A model generated the notes under the pieces. That model was not told the DNA's origin, ran no database searches, and saw only the letters and a list, made by a program, of their open reading frames with translations. DNA of 62,996 nucleotides, filler included, from Neolecta irregularis DAH-3 (Eukaryota), in the NCBI GenBank assembly GCA_001929475.1. It is 7 parts of 7 records of this genome, joined end to end, with 100 filler letters (N's around TTAATTAATTAA, not from the genome) between each part and the next. Parts side by side here need not be neighbours in the genome. Positions count along the whole stretch, not along the records: positions 19,611 to 51,590 come from LXFE01003343.1; 6 more parts are not named here. One strand, 5' to 3'. The translations under genes were made by a program, and so were the position numbers. This document shows, piece by piece, positions 36,284-51,690 of the stretch (its first letter is position 1; every line of letters begins with the position of its first letter).

Positions 36284-36647
36284 TTATTTAAGCATATTTC
36301 TTTTCCGCAGAGAGTGGACAACACCGACAGTCTTTCGAAGGTTCGCAGTAGTGAGGACTAGGAATGTAAATATATATCAGTAAGATACAGCATACAAATA
36401 AGTATCACATTCATCCCAAGAACCATATTCCTCCTGCTCAGACCATTCGTCCAGGACACGGCTAGTGTTAAGGAAGTTATATTGTACATATATACTCTCT
36501 CAACGCTTTTTCTTTCGAAATACTTCCATCAGAAGTTTGAACATCGCTGCTCTTCGTACATAATTGACTGTTGATAGACTTGAGAAGAGAAACATTGTTG
36601 AGGGATGAGATGATGCGAGAAGTAACGTTGGTTTGAGTAGCAGACAT
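36284..36647 (-). CDS. Putative small spliced hypothetical protein (~95 aa)
   Basis: GCCATG start, TATAAA upstream, two GT-AG introns giving ..RDRVLDEWSEQEEYGSWDEFLTTANLRK.. Confidence 0.45.
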
Positions 36648-36804
36648 GGCAAGCAGGTGGGAAAGATTCTTGCCAAGTTAAGAAACGCGGGAGATTGGTA
36701 TTTATAAACTACTGCCTGACTAAGCCGCAGCTTGCTCTGTTGGGTACTCCATGACAGGAGTGTCCAAATTGAGTTCGGAACCTCGTGTCCATAACACTAC
36801 ACAA

Positions 36805-37330
36805 ATGACTTCGCTATCTCAGAGATCAGTATCGCATTCACTGTCTTCGATAGCTTGTATAGCTATCATTGGGAAACTCAATAATCCCTTGCTGGTAAAA
36901 TGTCTGGATTCATCTGTACCAGAACGCGACTTTCATTTATTATGTTATAGTGCTTGCGATGTCTTTGATGAAAGATGTGCTTGTTCCCCTGTATGCTCTG
37001 AACTCATAAGATAGCCTCAAAAACAGACTCTTACTTCGGACTCTTGTTGTGCTTCGAGGACTATGCGGCCTATGGATATCAGACAAATACAAAGAATAAA
37101 ATTATTATTATTTTTAACCACTCTGATGCTGCTATCAAGGACCAGGAAGTTAAATCGGTATCACAGAAGCACCTCTATACGCTTACTTTAAGGCGTTTAA
37201 GGAAATACATGAAGCTCTCATTGGCCTGTCGTGTAATCCATTCTTTATCATTGATGAAAAACAGGGCATCAAATCGACGAAATTTGAAAGTAAAATCGAA
37301 CAAGTCGCAGCCAAATGGACGAAAGCATAA
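36805..37330 (+). CDS. Sedlin-family TRAPP subunit (TRAPPC2L/Tca17-like)
   Basis: IACIAIIGKLNNPL, ACDVFDER, YFGLL..EDYAAYGYQTNTKNK, SCNPF. Confidence 0.92.
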
Positions 37331-37770
37331 TCATTATTATGATACCAAGCTTACGGAGAGTTTTTTCAGACGCACATGTGGCCTATTTTCTTTTTAAGGA
37401 TCGAATTCAGGTTCTTAATTTCCAATTAGTGCTAGTTTGGATTTTTCGGTCACAAGAATTTTTCTCTTGCAAGACCTTAGTTTGGTCTTGGACATTAGAA
37501 CTGGATTCACACTATAGACTTTCTATTCAGCTTCATTGGTAGCCGATACCCTATCAAGGGTAGGATCTGATATGTTCACAAAATAATCATTTCCATGTTG
37601 TGGCATCTCGAACCATTTTTCACGAAGCCAGGCAGAGGTTACATCACAGAGAACCCCCAACTCTATCACGGTACAACGACCAAAAAAAAGAAAATAAACC
37701 ACCTAGAAAAGCATACAGAAACCACATTAATGTTCATGATTCATGACATACATTTCCCATATGCCGTCAA

Positions 37771-39290
37771 TTAAGCAACCATACTGATCCTCCTCTTCCG
37801 ACCCATTTGACCACCTTCATCACTCTCCTCGAATTCAAAAATGTTTGAATCTTTTGTAGAATCAATGGGAGAATGTAAAGAACTAGTCCGTCGCCTTCTG
37901 ATATTGTTTTCTTTTCTTGGATTCTCAACATCGGGCTCAGACGGTCTATTGATACTTTCTGGAGTTGCAGAAACAATGCTCGAAGGTGTTGTAGCTGCAA
38001 TTCCTGCTAAATCTCGTTCCTTACTTGTTCGTCTTACAACTTTTCGTTCGTGATCTTCCTTTTTGATGCGACGGGGGACAGTGTGCTCTCCTGGCGTTTC
38101 TTCTCGACGCATCTTGGTTCGAAGAGAAGGAAGGGCGTAATTTACTTGTTTTCGAGCTCGACGAGATGATACACCATCTTCCTGAAGTTGGTCTTCTAGC
38201 CGTTTGTTTGAAGACTGATCTAGCATACAGTCAGCTGGATGCAACGTAAGAAGATATACTGGGAGTTAATATGCTTTTCTTCGGACTTTCTTCCTCTACC
38301 TTGATTTTCACAGTAGAGAGAACGAGATTTTCCTTTTCTGCATCTTGTTCTTCCAATAATATTGAGTTTGGATTAACTCGTAAAGGAGGCTGACGAAGAC
38401 TTTGGGTAGCGTTGGGACGAACGTTATCTCGTCGTTTACCTTGGTTTACGAAGGTTTCCTCGCGTATGTCTGATGAAGCAAAATCTCTTGTCTCTCGTCT
38501 GTTATGAGAAGGCTGAGTATCTGGTACCTCCTCAAGCTCTACTAGAGAAAAATTATCGTCAGCTGGAGGAGACGACGAGGATTGTTTGCGATTATGGCGG
38601 CGTTCAATAATCGTCTCCCCTTGATGTGGAGGTGATGATATTATTTCACTGTTTCTAGGATATCAAAACCATTCGTAACGTAATTTAAATGCATACGCCT
38701 CAGCACTGTGTCGCATAGATGTTCGCATGCCTGAACTCTCTGATATAGACGGCAAGTCGGCTCTTCTTCGTTCCTGAAAGTCAATCAATCATTGTTAATC
38801 GACTTATCGCCCTACCAGCTTGGCCCCAAAATCAACAAAAGGCTCATCAACAGCCGGTGGTATACTCTTTTTCGCAGTAAGAATTTCGCCCGCAGGAATA
38901 TCATAATCGTCCAATGTATGACTCTCTTGGTTAAGCAGCGATAGTATATCTCCACATTCTCGGAGCTTTTTCTCCAATTCCATTCGAACATAATTGACTG
39001 AATCGCCCTTTTATGTCAAAACATGTTGTTCTTCCAAACGACGCACCTTATCAAATTGTGCCTGTAAATGAATATTCGCTGTTCTCAATTCGATATTCTC
39101 CATAGAAAGTCTCCGAACTTCCTTCTCCAAGTTTTGTATTCGAAGTGACTGAAAAGTATTGGCTTTGATGATATCTCTGTTCTGCCGGATATGTTTGCGT
39201 TTAACTAAAAGTGAACCAGTTCCAAAGAGTTCTCCTACATGATTCAACAGATTCCCCATAATTAGCCAAAACTTCCGGCTGATTCACCAT
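37771..39290 (-). CDS. Shugoshin
   Basis: N-terminal coiled coil KRKHIRQNRDIIKAN..SLRIQNLE and C-terminal SGO motif RRARKQVNYALPSLRTKMRR. Confidence 0.93.
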
Positions 39291-39402
39291 ATCAGTACAG
39301 CGGTCTGGGGAGCTGGGCAGAAGGAATGGTGGTTTGTTTACTTCCTCAAATGCCACAAATGTGCAAACCGCCTAAATAAAGAATACAAACTCCGACTCCT
39401 CT

Positions 39403-39826
39403 ATGCAACGACGATACGAACCGTCGTCGTCGCCAGCGGTACAGGCGTTGCAAGCCAAAATCCTCGGGAAGCAGCGGGAGTATGAGAACTTGTTGCACTT
39501 GAAGGATTTAAGTGTTGGGCTGGCGAGTCAGATGGAGCAACTTAATCTAAAGATCGATACCTTAAGTCTAGGAACTGATGGTATTCATGTCTGGTAATTC
39601 CAGTCTTCTGACCGATTAGCCATCGCTGATGTTCTTTCCGGGTGGTCAAATGTCTTCAGAGCAATCAACCTTTCGACGTGTAAGATTAATTCTGTCCAGG
39701 GAACTGCTTAACCCCTCAGCTAAACTCCGTTTTCCTGAGGATATAGAATCACCACTTGAAAATACAGATTCGACACCAGAAGTTTTGGTTCGGGTCGCTA
39801 CAAATAGGCAGCGATCACCATCTTAA
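39403..39826 (+). CDS. DAD2: DASH/Dam1 complex subunit Dad2
   Basis: LQAKI..KQREYENL..LKDLS..LASQMEQL..KIDTL..GTD|AIADVLSGWSNVFRAI..PEVLVRV. Confidence 0.92.
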
Positions 39827-39865
39827 ATTGCTTCATGGAATCCTGGAGTCTATACTGTGATATAA

Positions 39866-42314
39866 TTAATCGTCATCCAAGCCCCAGTCATTTTCCCATG
39901 CATTATCTCCGTCATCCTTGGGTTTCAATTTGTCGCCTACTTCTGTACTATCCTGAAAATCATCCCAAACGGGAGAATCTTCATCCCATATGGTGTAATC
40001 ATTTAGGGGCAAGGGAGTAGCCCCTGCAGTTATCGGTTCTGAAGACACGACATTTGGGAAATTGTTTGACTGAACGGAAAGTGGGGGATTGGATAGTTTC
40101 AGTGGAGTGCTTGATGGCCTATCGGCTATACTCGGGGGTATTGAGGCTGCTGCTGCCAGTCGTTCGGCTGCCATTTTCTTCATGCCTGAAACTGCCCATC
40201 CTGCCCAACCATCGATTTGCGTCTTTTCGCCTTCTGGTGCAGCTATAACTTCCGGAATATTATTTGCCATCAATTTAACTCGTGACATATAGATATCAAC
40301 CGTTTTCCCAGCTTGTGCTCGAATCGATCTTTATATGAGCATGTCTTGAAGGACAGACATACTTATCTTTATCAATGAGACTTGGTATCACACCAGGTAG
40401 TATCCGAACAGCGCAGTCTTCCATAGGAAACATATCCATAGTTGCTGAAAGAGCTAACAACGAAGCATTTCGTGCCGGCGGAAAAGGGTCTTTGAGGCTT
40501 CTGGTAAATGCGGCAGACAATACTTTCCTTCGAGTCTTCATTTATCAGCTAACGTAAGTTTTTGATATCCTACATTCTCTCCCAGATAACGGGCAATCAT
40601 GCCAAGGCAGATTGTAGTATTCGTTCGGATCCCAGGTTGAACATCGTTCTGTACTTTCGCTAGTCCTCGCAAAAGGTCGTTGTTGATGTTTCGGTCAGTC
40701 AGCTAGGACAGTTGGCTTCAGGAGACAGAGTCGTACATACTTTTGGTATGATAGTCAGTACACTTTTAATCGTGAGTTCTCTGACTACTGGAAATGGATC
40801 TGAGAATCCCATGAGCTAGATCATATAAGTTCTCAAAAATGCGCAAATCTGACCACGTTAGGAAAGATCTTGTCGTTGACAGTTTTCTTTTCCAAGTTGT
40901 CGATAATTTTATCCAAATTTTCGAGCAAACAGATCCGAATCTCCCTATCTGCAGAGCTGAACATCCGAACAATGGTAGGTGACACTAATGATTGAAAGTC
41001 GTCCGAAGTGAGTTGGGAGGAAAGATTGATAATCATCGAGAAGATCTTGGCTCCACCTAAAATTAAGTGTGAACGATCACATAGGCTTGATATTGTTATA
41101 CCTCCACCAAATTCGAGTACTTTTAATAGCTCGGGTAGAATCTTTGATTTAGTAAACCCCTCAGGGAATTTTCCTGATATTTCCTCTAGTTTGCTATTGT
41201 TAGCAGCTTGAAGACTCACAACCGCCCCCATACTTCAATACCCTTTCCCGCTCCACAGGGTTCATGATTCCCAAACTGGAGATTTCCTCCGAAAATGTGA
41301 TGACTTCTCCTTTGAAAAACGAGCCATGCCGTAATCCATAATCGATGAATTCCTTCGTCGACAAACGGCTTTTTGGGTTCGGGTTCAGGAGGTTTTTATA
41401 ATGTGGGTAGATTGGGCCTGGTATTGAATTCTTGAATGCAAGCTCTGATTGCGCATCAAAAGAGCCGTTGAAGAGAGTGTATATGAGAACTCCTAAGGCG
41501 AAGGCATCTGTGGATGATACATGCGAGCTGGACATCAGGCTATGATCATGGGTATGAATCACGTCTGAATCCCAGACCAGCCGTTGGAGCCGACTTCTGG
41601 TGCAGCATATCTTTTTGCTTGTGGCAGAAGTCCCGAATAAGTCTAACTATTAGGGGAATGCAAGGACTTTGTAATAGTACGAATACCACATTTTCATCTT
41701 TGACATTTGTGAGTACTTCGAATCCGAATAATTTCCACTCAGATGATTTTGATATGAAAATACTGCTGAGTCTGACATTGCCGTGTATTGACGTAGCTTC
41801 TTCATTAAGGAATTTGATTGTTTTCTAGATAAATTAGAGATTTTTGTTATGACACAAGGAAACAAACACATATATCATACAGGCCCCATTTGATGATTTC
41901 CTGATCCAAGACTCCTCTTTTTGTGCTCCAAGATAGAGGCTCAACTCTCTCTGTTGCCAAATAAATAAACTGATCTGTCTATATAGTCAGCGTGAAGCTC
42001 TTCAGGAAAAGAGAGGCACCTCTACACTGTCTAGAAATTTGACCACGCCAGGATGTCTCGTAGTCTTCAGCTTCCGGACAGCGTTTCTTGCGAGGGGTAA
42101 TCGACCCCGGTCCCGAAGGATTTCAAACTGGAAGATACTGCATTTGGATGAATCTTCCTAACTGTCAACCCTGACCAGTTAAATTACATACTTTGCGAAA
42201 TCCGTTATGAAGTGTCCAGATACTATCATCGAAAAAAACTTTATCTTGAATTGTGTAAGGAAACGCCGGTATTGATTTCGAGAGTAGAGATGCTGCTGAT
42301 TTAAACAAGTCCAT
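39866..42314 (-). CDS. SCY1-family pseudokinase with HEAT repeats (Cex1/SCYL1-like)
   Basis: RNAVRKLKTTRHPGVVKF, EWKLFGFE, KILPELLKVLEFG, IRTNTTICLG, AFTRSLKDPFPPAR; acidic W-containing tail. Confidence 0.93.
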
Positions 42315-42831
42315 TAGTGAATGTGACGCTTCGAAGTCGATTCAGCCTTTACGAGATAAAGTCAACCGCCATGAACTCATATGTCGTAAATCAAAAATAC
42401 ATGCTTTACGAGAATTAATTCCGAAAAAATGCCGCCAGTAGTCCAGGTAAATGAACAATGACGTTCAAATAACATGCCTTTTTGTCAAGCTCCAGAAATT
42501 TGCGATAGTTTGCCTACCTAAAAATCATGAACACCATTTTTGGAGAGTTTTTCTACCAGGATAACGAGATTACATTGGTTGTTCTTAACTGATTTAACTA
42601 TTCATTTGTCTATCGACTTGGCCCTCCTTAGACCAACACTCGCAATAACTTTCTTGAGACTTACCTTAAATTTCATGAGGTTTTTTATCTTTCACGTCTG
42701 TTCTTAGGGATATTTTATGCTAAATGGGTCAAAATGTCTTACGATACGAGGACAGGTTTATTTAATGTAGTAAAGAATTTATAATGCGAGACAAATTCCT
42801 GAGGGTTTAGGACTATTATATACGATTCGAT

Positions 42832-44194
<1,363 letters not shown>

Positions 44195-44723
44195 GTGCTT
44201 CTCGGATATTAGTGAGCTCTTAACTATCTTCTGCAGATACTCTCTGGAGATCAAATGAACATCTTGGGCATCGACACCAATTGAAGTTTAAGAACTCTTA
44301 ACCTGCAAAAATACCCAGCTATTGATGGCGCAATCGTGCTGCTGATTGTGCGACCTCGAGATCTGGCACGTGAATGGACATATAAATTTATTGCGTACAC
44401 CATGATAGTGCTTTGAAATATAGGCGACGTCATAACGAAGAGATATTGAACGATGAGGACAAATTTCATTAGACGGTACTAGAGTACTTTTTTTAGGCAT
44501 ATACAGGCAAACAGATATGCGGCGAAGGGGAATTTATTCTCAATACAAAAGAGAAAGACATCCGGTCAAAAGAGGTTGTAATTGAAAGGGCCAGAAAACA
44601 AAGAAAGACCCTCTGTGATAACGAACCTGGCCAACAAAGAAAACAGAGGCTCGCTAAAACAGGATACAATTTCTTTCGTTCTTCCTCCTCATCAAACCTG
44701 CTCCAAGCGGCCACAATGAGGAT

Positions 44724-47264
44724 TCATTGTTCGCTTTCAGCAGGCATTCCGCGTCCCATCTGTCCTGCCCAACCGTTTATGAATCCAGGTGGTCGATACT
44801 GCATCATACCAGGTTGCGGAGCAGGCATGTATGGGACGGTTCCAGTGATGATATGTGGATAACCATACGGAATATTGGATCTTGGTTGCCCTTGCATCGC
44901 AGGGCTATAAAAATGAGGTGAAAACTGGCCTTGAGGTATATGTGCCGGGATCATCTGAGCACCAGGAGGCATCCCATGAGGGAAACCGGGTTGAGGAATC
45001 ATGTTTTGTGGGGCAACAGCGGCTAGAGGAACTTGAGATGGAACTGTAGGCCGTCGGGTCACGGCAGGTGTTTCGACGGCCGGTGGATGAGCCTCCTGCT
45101 GAAAGTATAGCCTGAAGGCTGCTTGGTTAACCTTTTCATTGCCCCACACTGGACTCGCGCGGAACGCTTTGTCGATCTTGGCGTACTCGTTGGGTTCATA
45201 TTTTGCAAAGATGTTGAAGACAACTGTGAAATCAAGTTTCTTTCTGTCCTTTTTAAGGAAGGGCGGTGGGAGGACTGGTGACGGTGGTGCCTGATGAATG
45301 AATTGTTGCTGTGGATGGTGCGGTTGCTGACGAGAATGTTGAGGAGGAACATGTATCAGACGAGGTGATTGTTGTATATGAGGAAAGGTTTGAGCGGCCA
45401 TTATGGGTGATGCATTCCCACCAGGTCGAAACTCGGTAGCTTGAACATTGAATTTGGGACGAATGGGCTTCTGACCTTCGCTTAATGGAGATGGACTTGA
45501 AGGGGGAACCTGTGAACGACGTCGATTGTTATTCTGGGCTTGTTGATGACTTTGCCGAAGTTGTTCAGACAGTGCCTGTTCGGGTTGTGAAGGCGCAGCA
45601 ACAACAGGCAGTGGCGTCATTTCTTTCGCTTTAACAGTCGTCGGGGTTTCTGAACGGGCAGTAGCCGGTGATGGAACTGTTGGTGTTTTCTCTTGCGTAG
45701 GTGAAGAAGCATTGGATTGAGATTCTTTCGACTTTTGAAGAATTTCATCTTGTTTTATCTTGTCTTTTGCGAGAATAGGAAGAATGTCCATTGGAAGTGG
45801 AGTTTTAAGCTGTTTTTTGAGAGAAATCAAAAAAGAACACAAACCTTGAAATTTTGAGAAAACCTCTTGAGTTCTTCCAATCGACCGCTCTTCTCCTTCT
45901 GTATAAGTGTCTCCCGTTTCGCCTCAACTCGATTTCGTTCGAGGGAGACAAATTGTGTAAAATCACTAACAAGAGCAGTCTCAATTTGTTGATTGCTATT
46001 TGCGCGATTGAATGGGATTGCTTGACGAAGTTGCGTAGGATCTTTAGGCGATGCGTTTAAGACTTGTGATAGACGAGGAGGAAAGTGCACTTGACCTTGC
46101 AGTTGTGCTTGTGGTGGTTTATTTGTTAGGACATCTGACGGCATAGTGTCTGCTTTGCGAAGGACCGGGGTTTGTCGGGAGAGAGTAGCCGAGATAATTG
46201 CCGGATCATAATCTGCGTCAGATGGCAAATGTCTAAAATTTCGGCGAGCAGGCGGAACATAAGAGCTAGGGTTGCGTTGAACAGAAGAGAACCTGAATAA
46301 ATCAGATTTTCAGTCATGATCGAAGCCTACTTGTCTTCTTCGTTCAAACCGCTATCATCGACATAGCCTCGCTCTTCACGGACATGAGGATTCGAAGAAG
46401 CACTCTATCGATTCAAAGCCGTTTCGATGGAATAAACTTACACCTTCAATTTCTCTTGCGAACTTCTCTGCCCTTTTGGCACGTTCGGCATACTTCGGAT
46501 GGGAACGGTCGATAGCAGTAGTATAAACTTCTTCTCTGTATGTTGATTTCAAGCCGGTTTGCTGTTCATGTACTTCGAACTGGTCCCAAGACTGGGTAGG
46601 ATCGTACTGGTGATTATCGAGGTCTATTTCTTGGTAATCATCTCCCGCGTTCCAAGGCTGGAGTTCGCGTTCCTTGACATCTTTAATTCGTGATATGGCC
46701 GTGTCAGTGAGGAAGTCTGCAATGAGCCGAGAATAGCAATGCAGTTCTATCTTACCCTCAGAGGGGGCCGGAGTCAAGTCTATGTTGCAGGCCATGAGAC
46801 CAGCGAAATCTTTTCCCGTTATTACCATGTTAGGGATAACCATGTTATCAGCTCCAACTTTTCTAACCATCTGCAGATAAAGAGCAACTTCACCTTCCGT
46901 TGCGACTTTACTTAAAATTCCCGAATGCTTATGGCCGTCGGCAGTAGTAACCACAACGGTCTGACCCTATATCGTTGTAGCGACGATCAGTCTCAAGCGA
47001 TAGAAAACATACAACCATCCGCGCGTAAGCAAAAAGTAGGCGATCATGCATATGGCCTTGGACATCATCGCCTTCGGGTCGTGGTGATGCAGATGGTTTT
47101 GGAGCAGGACTACCTCGTCGTTTTGAGTTTGATCTGGAACACCGGTCAAACTGAGGGGCTCCACAAACACAACAGATCAAATACCGTTGCTGATTATCGC
47201 CATCCTTGCGATTCTGATTAGTTCTAAAGGATCCCTTGCGCGGGTGGGTGTTTTGCGAGGACAT
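44724..47264 (-). CDS. PBP1: Pbp1/ataxin-2 homolog
   Basis: HDRLLF Lsm domain, F.TDTAIS, ERELQPW, WDQFE, LsmAD Y.EEVYTTAIDRSHP..A.REIE, PAM2-like FNVQATEFRP. Confidence 0.92.
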
Positions 47265-48496
47265 GATAGGAGGCTCTGTTCCCCAAATTGGAGGTGATTA
47301 AATTCGGCCGGCCAGTGGAATAGGTGGAGCCCACCCAGTCTGACTGGAAGCTCTTTCCTGTGAATCTGTTCTTGCTCGAGTTCGAACTAAAATAGAATAT
47401 CGAGATTATTGGATTATGTATCACTTGCTATCTATGGACGTATTACAATAAATATCTAGTACATCTATCTGTACCACCCTTGTCAACCGCAAATCCAAAT
47501 AGCACTAAGATCCAGATTGAAGGAGATTAACAGCGCCGCTTTTTGCTGTCTTCATTCTCCAGAGCGAAGAAACTTTTGAATTTGGTTGAATTCGGGAAGA
47601 TTCGATATACTTACTACCTGCTGTGAAACATGCAGAAACATCCATATCTGTGGGGACTCGATTCTACCCCACCGTAGCAAGTTCCACCAGCTCGCCACCG
47701 CCACCGCCCAACCATCGCGAGGAGCACAGGAAGCAGCAAGGACCACAGCCCATCCCATTCTGGCCTGTCACAGGCATCGCACCCGGCAAGCCAATAGGGA
47801 GGCGAACAGGCAGACGACGGTTGCAAGCACATGTGCCGAGTCTGTATATAAGCAGTGACTAGCCGGACTAGACTTAAACCCGACATCCAATATACATAGT
47901 TACTTTACTAGAGGTACCTATGGCAGAATACTCAGCCCAAGTCCATACCAGCACCCACACCAAGGTCGCGTGCTGACAGTAGTTGTAATAGACTTGTGGT
48001 AATATTAGGTGAGCACGGTGGTATTGGGCTTCCGGGTCTTGGAGATCTGATACAAAAGAATAGTAATACAACTGGCTATCTATACAAAGGAGAATGTGGA
48101 CTTTTATAGCCGTTGAGGCAAGGCTCCCTACAGGTCTATGATCGGGAATTGAAAGTCAACTATTGAAACATGGAGAAACAGAGAAGGAGGCAAGAGAGAC
48201 AGACTCTGGGAGTCGATGGCCCCTCTAGATACCTCAAATAGGAAATCTATAGCAGTAATTGGCGGAAGTGGACTGAGACTGAGACTGAGAGGCAAGATGG
48301 AGGCAATTCTTGGAAGCGGGACTGTTTAATGACGGAAATCGACAAGGAAGCGGGAAATGAATTAAGACTCCGAATTTTTCTGGCCCCGTGACACGTTCCT
48401 ACCCCTCAGGGTCTTCGTGGGATAAACTTGAACATGATATCTGAGATCTATCAAATTCATTTTTTCAATCTACTTGATAGTCGTAATATACAAACT

Positions 48497-50234
48497 TTAC
48501 TCTAATTTCATCTCGTGCATCTCATCTAATAGTTCCTCTATTGGAATCTCGGGAAAATCAGCATCATCCTCATCTTCACCTACGATTCCTTCATCGAGTC
48601 CCTCCATTTTGGTCGGCCGGTCCTTGTGTTTATAAACATTGACCCTATCCATTAGCTATAGTTCCTGGAATCAAATCCCACATAGAACGCATTTCAGTAT
48701 CCTCTTCTAGATCCCGAAGAAATTCTTCATAGTCTCGTTCCTGTTTTTCAATATCTTGCTTCCGTGGGTTCATTTCCGTTTGCTCCTTGGATAACGTGCG
48801 CAACTTCCAGTTCCGAGTTTTGTTCTTCTTTCTTCGATTTGGATAACTCTTTTTCACGAGAATAATATCTGGAAGTAAAGACTGATCGAGTGATTCGTAC
48901 TCGGGGTCGTTGAAGTTTGTAGTCGTTAAATGATAGCCCCTAGCGGTATCTCCTGGTTTCAGAATCGCGCCGAGATGAGTTCGTACTGTATATTGTTGAT
49001 CATTTACGCCTAGATCCGAACTCTTTGCGATTTCGACGTCTGCGAGGGCAAGTCGCCCGTGCGTTTGGCCCAGAAGCTCTACATCCAATACAGTGAATTC
49101 AACCAACTCATGGATATCAGCGAGGGTGCAAAATGGTGTACGCCAGTATACAGGACATGCCACGTCCGTTGTTCGTAGAGTCAAAGGGTCGATAAGGTGT
49201 ATAGAATTTCCGACTCTACTACAAAGTAGTAGCTGACTAACGCAAATCAGGATTATGAACCACCCTAGATTGCACCTGATGTTCCCTAAGCTTTTTGCAA
49301 GTTTCCCAGACAGGCAAACCAAATCATCCTTACAGATCGGGATTAACTCAACAGACCATGTAAACTTATACGTATTAGTAGACGTATGAACATCCATACT
49401 GATCAACTCTTCGCTTTTCTTAGTTCTAACGGGAACAACATTATTCAGAAAATCAACCATTTTGATAGCCCCATTCCTTGAAGGATAGAAGAAGTCCAAG
49501 CCATCTTTTACTTCAACGATATTATTACAATCTCGATGAGCATTATGTTTGAGAATAAGTTGTTCAAGATATAAAAATGTCCGTTTATGCTGCACCTTTT
49601 GACGGATCTGAACGGACGCTTTCCAAGTATTTTTAGCATGAAGTTTAGCACAATCGAGACATTGTTGATTCGTTACAACATATTCGACTTCAAAGGACTG
49701 CTGTAGAATTGTCGATACAAATGCTTCTTTTTGGATGGTTAGTTTTACTCGAACACGTCGAGAATGAGGTTCTGTCCAGATAAACCCTGCATCAATTAAC
49801 CGGACCTGCCATGATGAGAGAGAATTTCGCTAGAATGACATGCTTTGTTTAATCCGCGAAGCTTTCGAAGACAAAGAGCGAGGAGTTCACGACTCTCTGG
49901 TTGTGCGTTGACCCACTGACTTGGTGGCGAAAGAAATCGCTGAATTTGTTAGTATGACCTGGGCAACAGTTGTACTTCGCAACTCCGACAAAAGTTCAAC
50001 ACCGCTTCCCTTGGTATTCCTCATGTAAGGATAAGTAAACGAGAATTTTTGCACCTTCAGTGATATCGGTGGAAGTCTTCAAGCAATCGATACACATAGC
50101 CGCAGGGTTATGTCTAATGAAAATCAGCCGCTGAACTGTAAAAGAGCATACAGGATTGGAATACCGCATGAACAGCATAGAATTGTCGCAATCTGTTCAT
50201 CCATAACCATCTGTTCATCCACAAGATTTTCCAT
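48497..50234 (-). CDS. NMD3: 60S export adaptor Nmd3
   Basis: ILCCSCG, ESRELLALCL, LIDAGFIWTEPHSRR, WKASVQIRQKVQHKRTFLYLEQLILKH, RDYEEFLRDLEED. Confidence 0.97.
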
Positions 50235-50453
50235 TTTGTTCAGAAACAACGAAGCGTTGATATCGAGAAAATAACTTTTGGAGGTTGAATATTACCATCG
50301 TAGAATTTGACGGCACGCTCCGCAAATTAATGGCGAATTGCCTTGAAACTAGCCAGTTTGCAATTGTTCATCAAATCCGAGATAGCTTGTACGAATGGAA
50401 AGTAAGGTCAAGGCACAAGTAGAATATTATTAACGCCATTATACACGATGATT

Positions 50454-51190
50454 TTAGCAACTGAAATCTGTCCTCATATGAATCGGCCTAGAAGGTAAAG
50501 GAACCCACAATTTCCGTCGTAATCGCTTCTCTTCAGCTTCTTTGGCCCTTCTACGCAATGTATCATCTCCCTTGAGTATCACGTTGATCTTCGTGGTCGG
50601 ACTTCTTCTTAAGTTGGCTTGGCCTCTGCCAACTGGCCACTTGTTCTTTAGAAAAGATCCACGTCCGACCCAAGCTTGATCGATGAACATTTCCGTGGTA
50701 GTCAAATCGTTTTGAGTGATGCCGGCGGAACGAGCTTGTTTCAATATGATCGCAATATCATTTGCAACGCGTTTGTGAGAAAACTCCATTTGTGTAATCG
50801 CTTGGTTAAGATTTTGACCAGCGATTTGACGAGCTAAATTTCCGAGTTTCTTTACGGATGTTCGAAGGAATACAGATTTATGAGTAACCTATTTTGGTTA
50901 AACCTATAGACAAAAATATATACAGTTTTTTCATTCGCGAGACGGTATTTACGAGACTTTTTGACTCGCGTCTTGGGTAGTGGGACTTGCGCATCTTCCC
51001 AGTCAAAAATAGAAGACTCAGTCGCAGCAGATGGATTGACTCTGGCGGTATGGAAATCTGCACAACTTAAAATAGGCTTGAATGGCGCGATAAGGGCGAG
51101 CTGCGCGTCCGATGGCCGGAGGTGTCCGCACATAGCTAGCCGTGTAGGGCAAGTTAAACGGAGAGATCCTACACGCCGTGCAGCAGCCAT
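50454..51190 (-). CDS. MRPL22: Mitochondrial ribosomal protein uL22m
   Basis: Presequence-like N-terminus; KKLGNLARQIAG, AITQMEFSHKR, MFIDQAWVGRG, GRG. Confidence 0.9.
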
Positions 51191-51690
51191 GGTGGATGTT
51201 CAAGAGCAAATTGGTCTGTCAGCAGGAAAAGACAATGCACACGTGACGTGCTCCGATCGCCGTAGCAAAATACAACAGACATGCATAGTGGAAGCATGCC
51301 TTATGAAACTGCGTGCTATGGTAAGATAAGCCTGGAAACAGTCTAACTGTAATGAGACTCATTGTCCGCCATGACTTACAGATATTTAAAAAGATCGCTT
51401 CAACAAGAGTGTGGGGTTCCATGAACCCCACAGCCACCATCCAAGTTCAAGCCTGACCCCCAGATGCAAACACGACGAATGACCGCATGAGGAGTGAGTA
51501 GACCTAATAGAGGCACTCGTGGACCGGGTTACTAAATCTGTAGAGGCTGGAGAAGGTACGACTACCCATTCAATGGAGTCTTGACATGTANNNNNNNNNN
51601 NNNNNNNNNNNNNNNNNNNNNNNNNNNNNNNNNNTTAATTAATTAANNNNNNNNNNNNNNNNNNNNNNNNNNNNNNNNNNNNNNNNNNNN

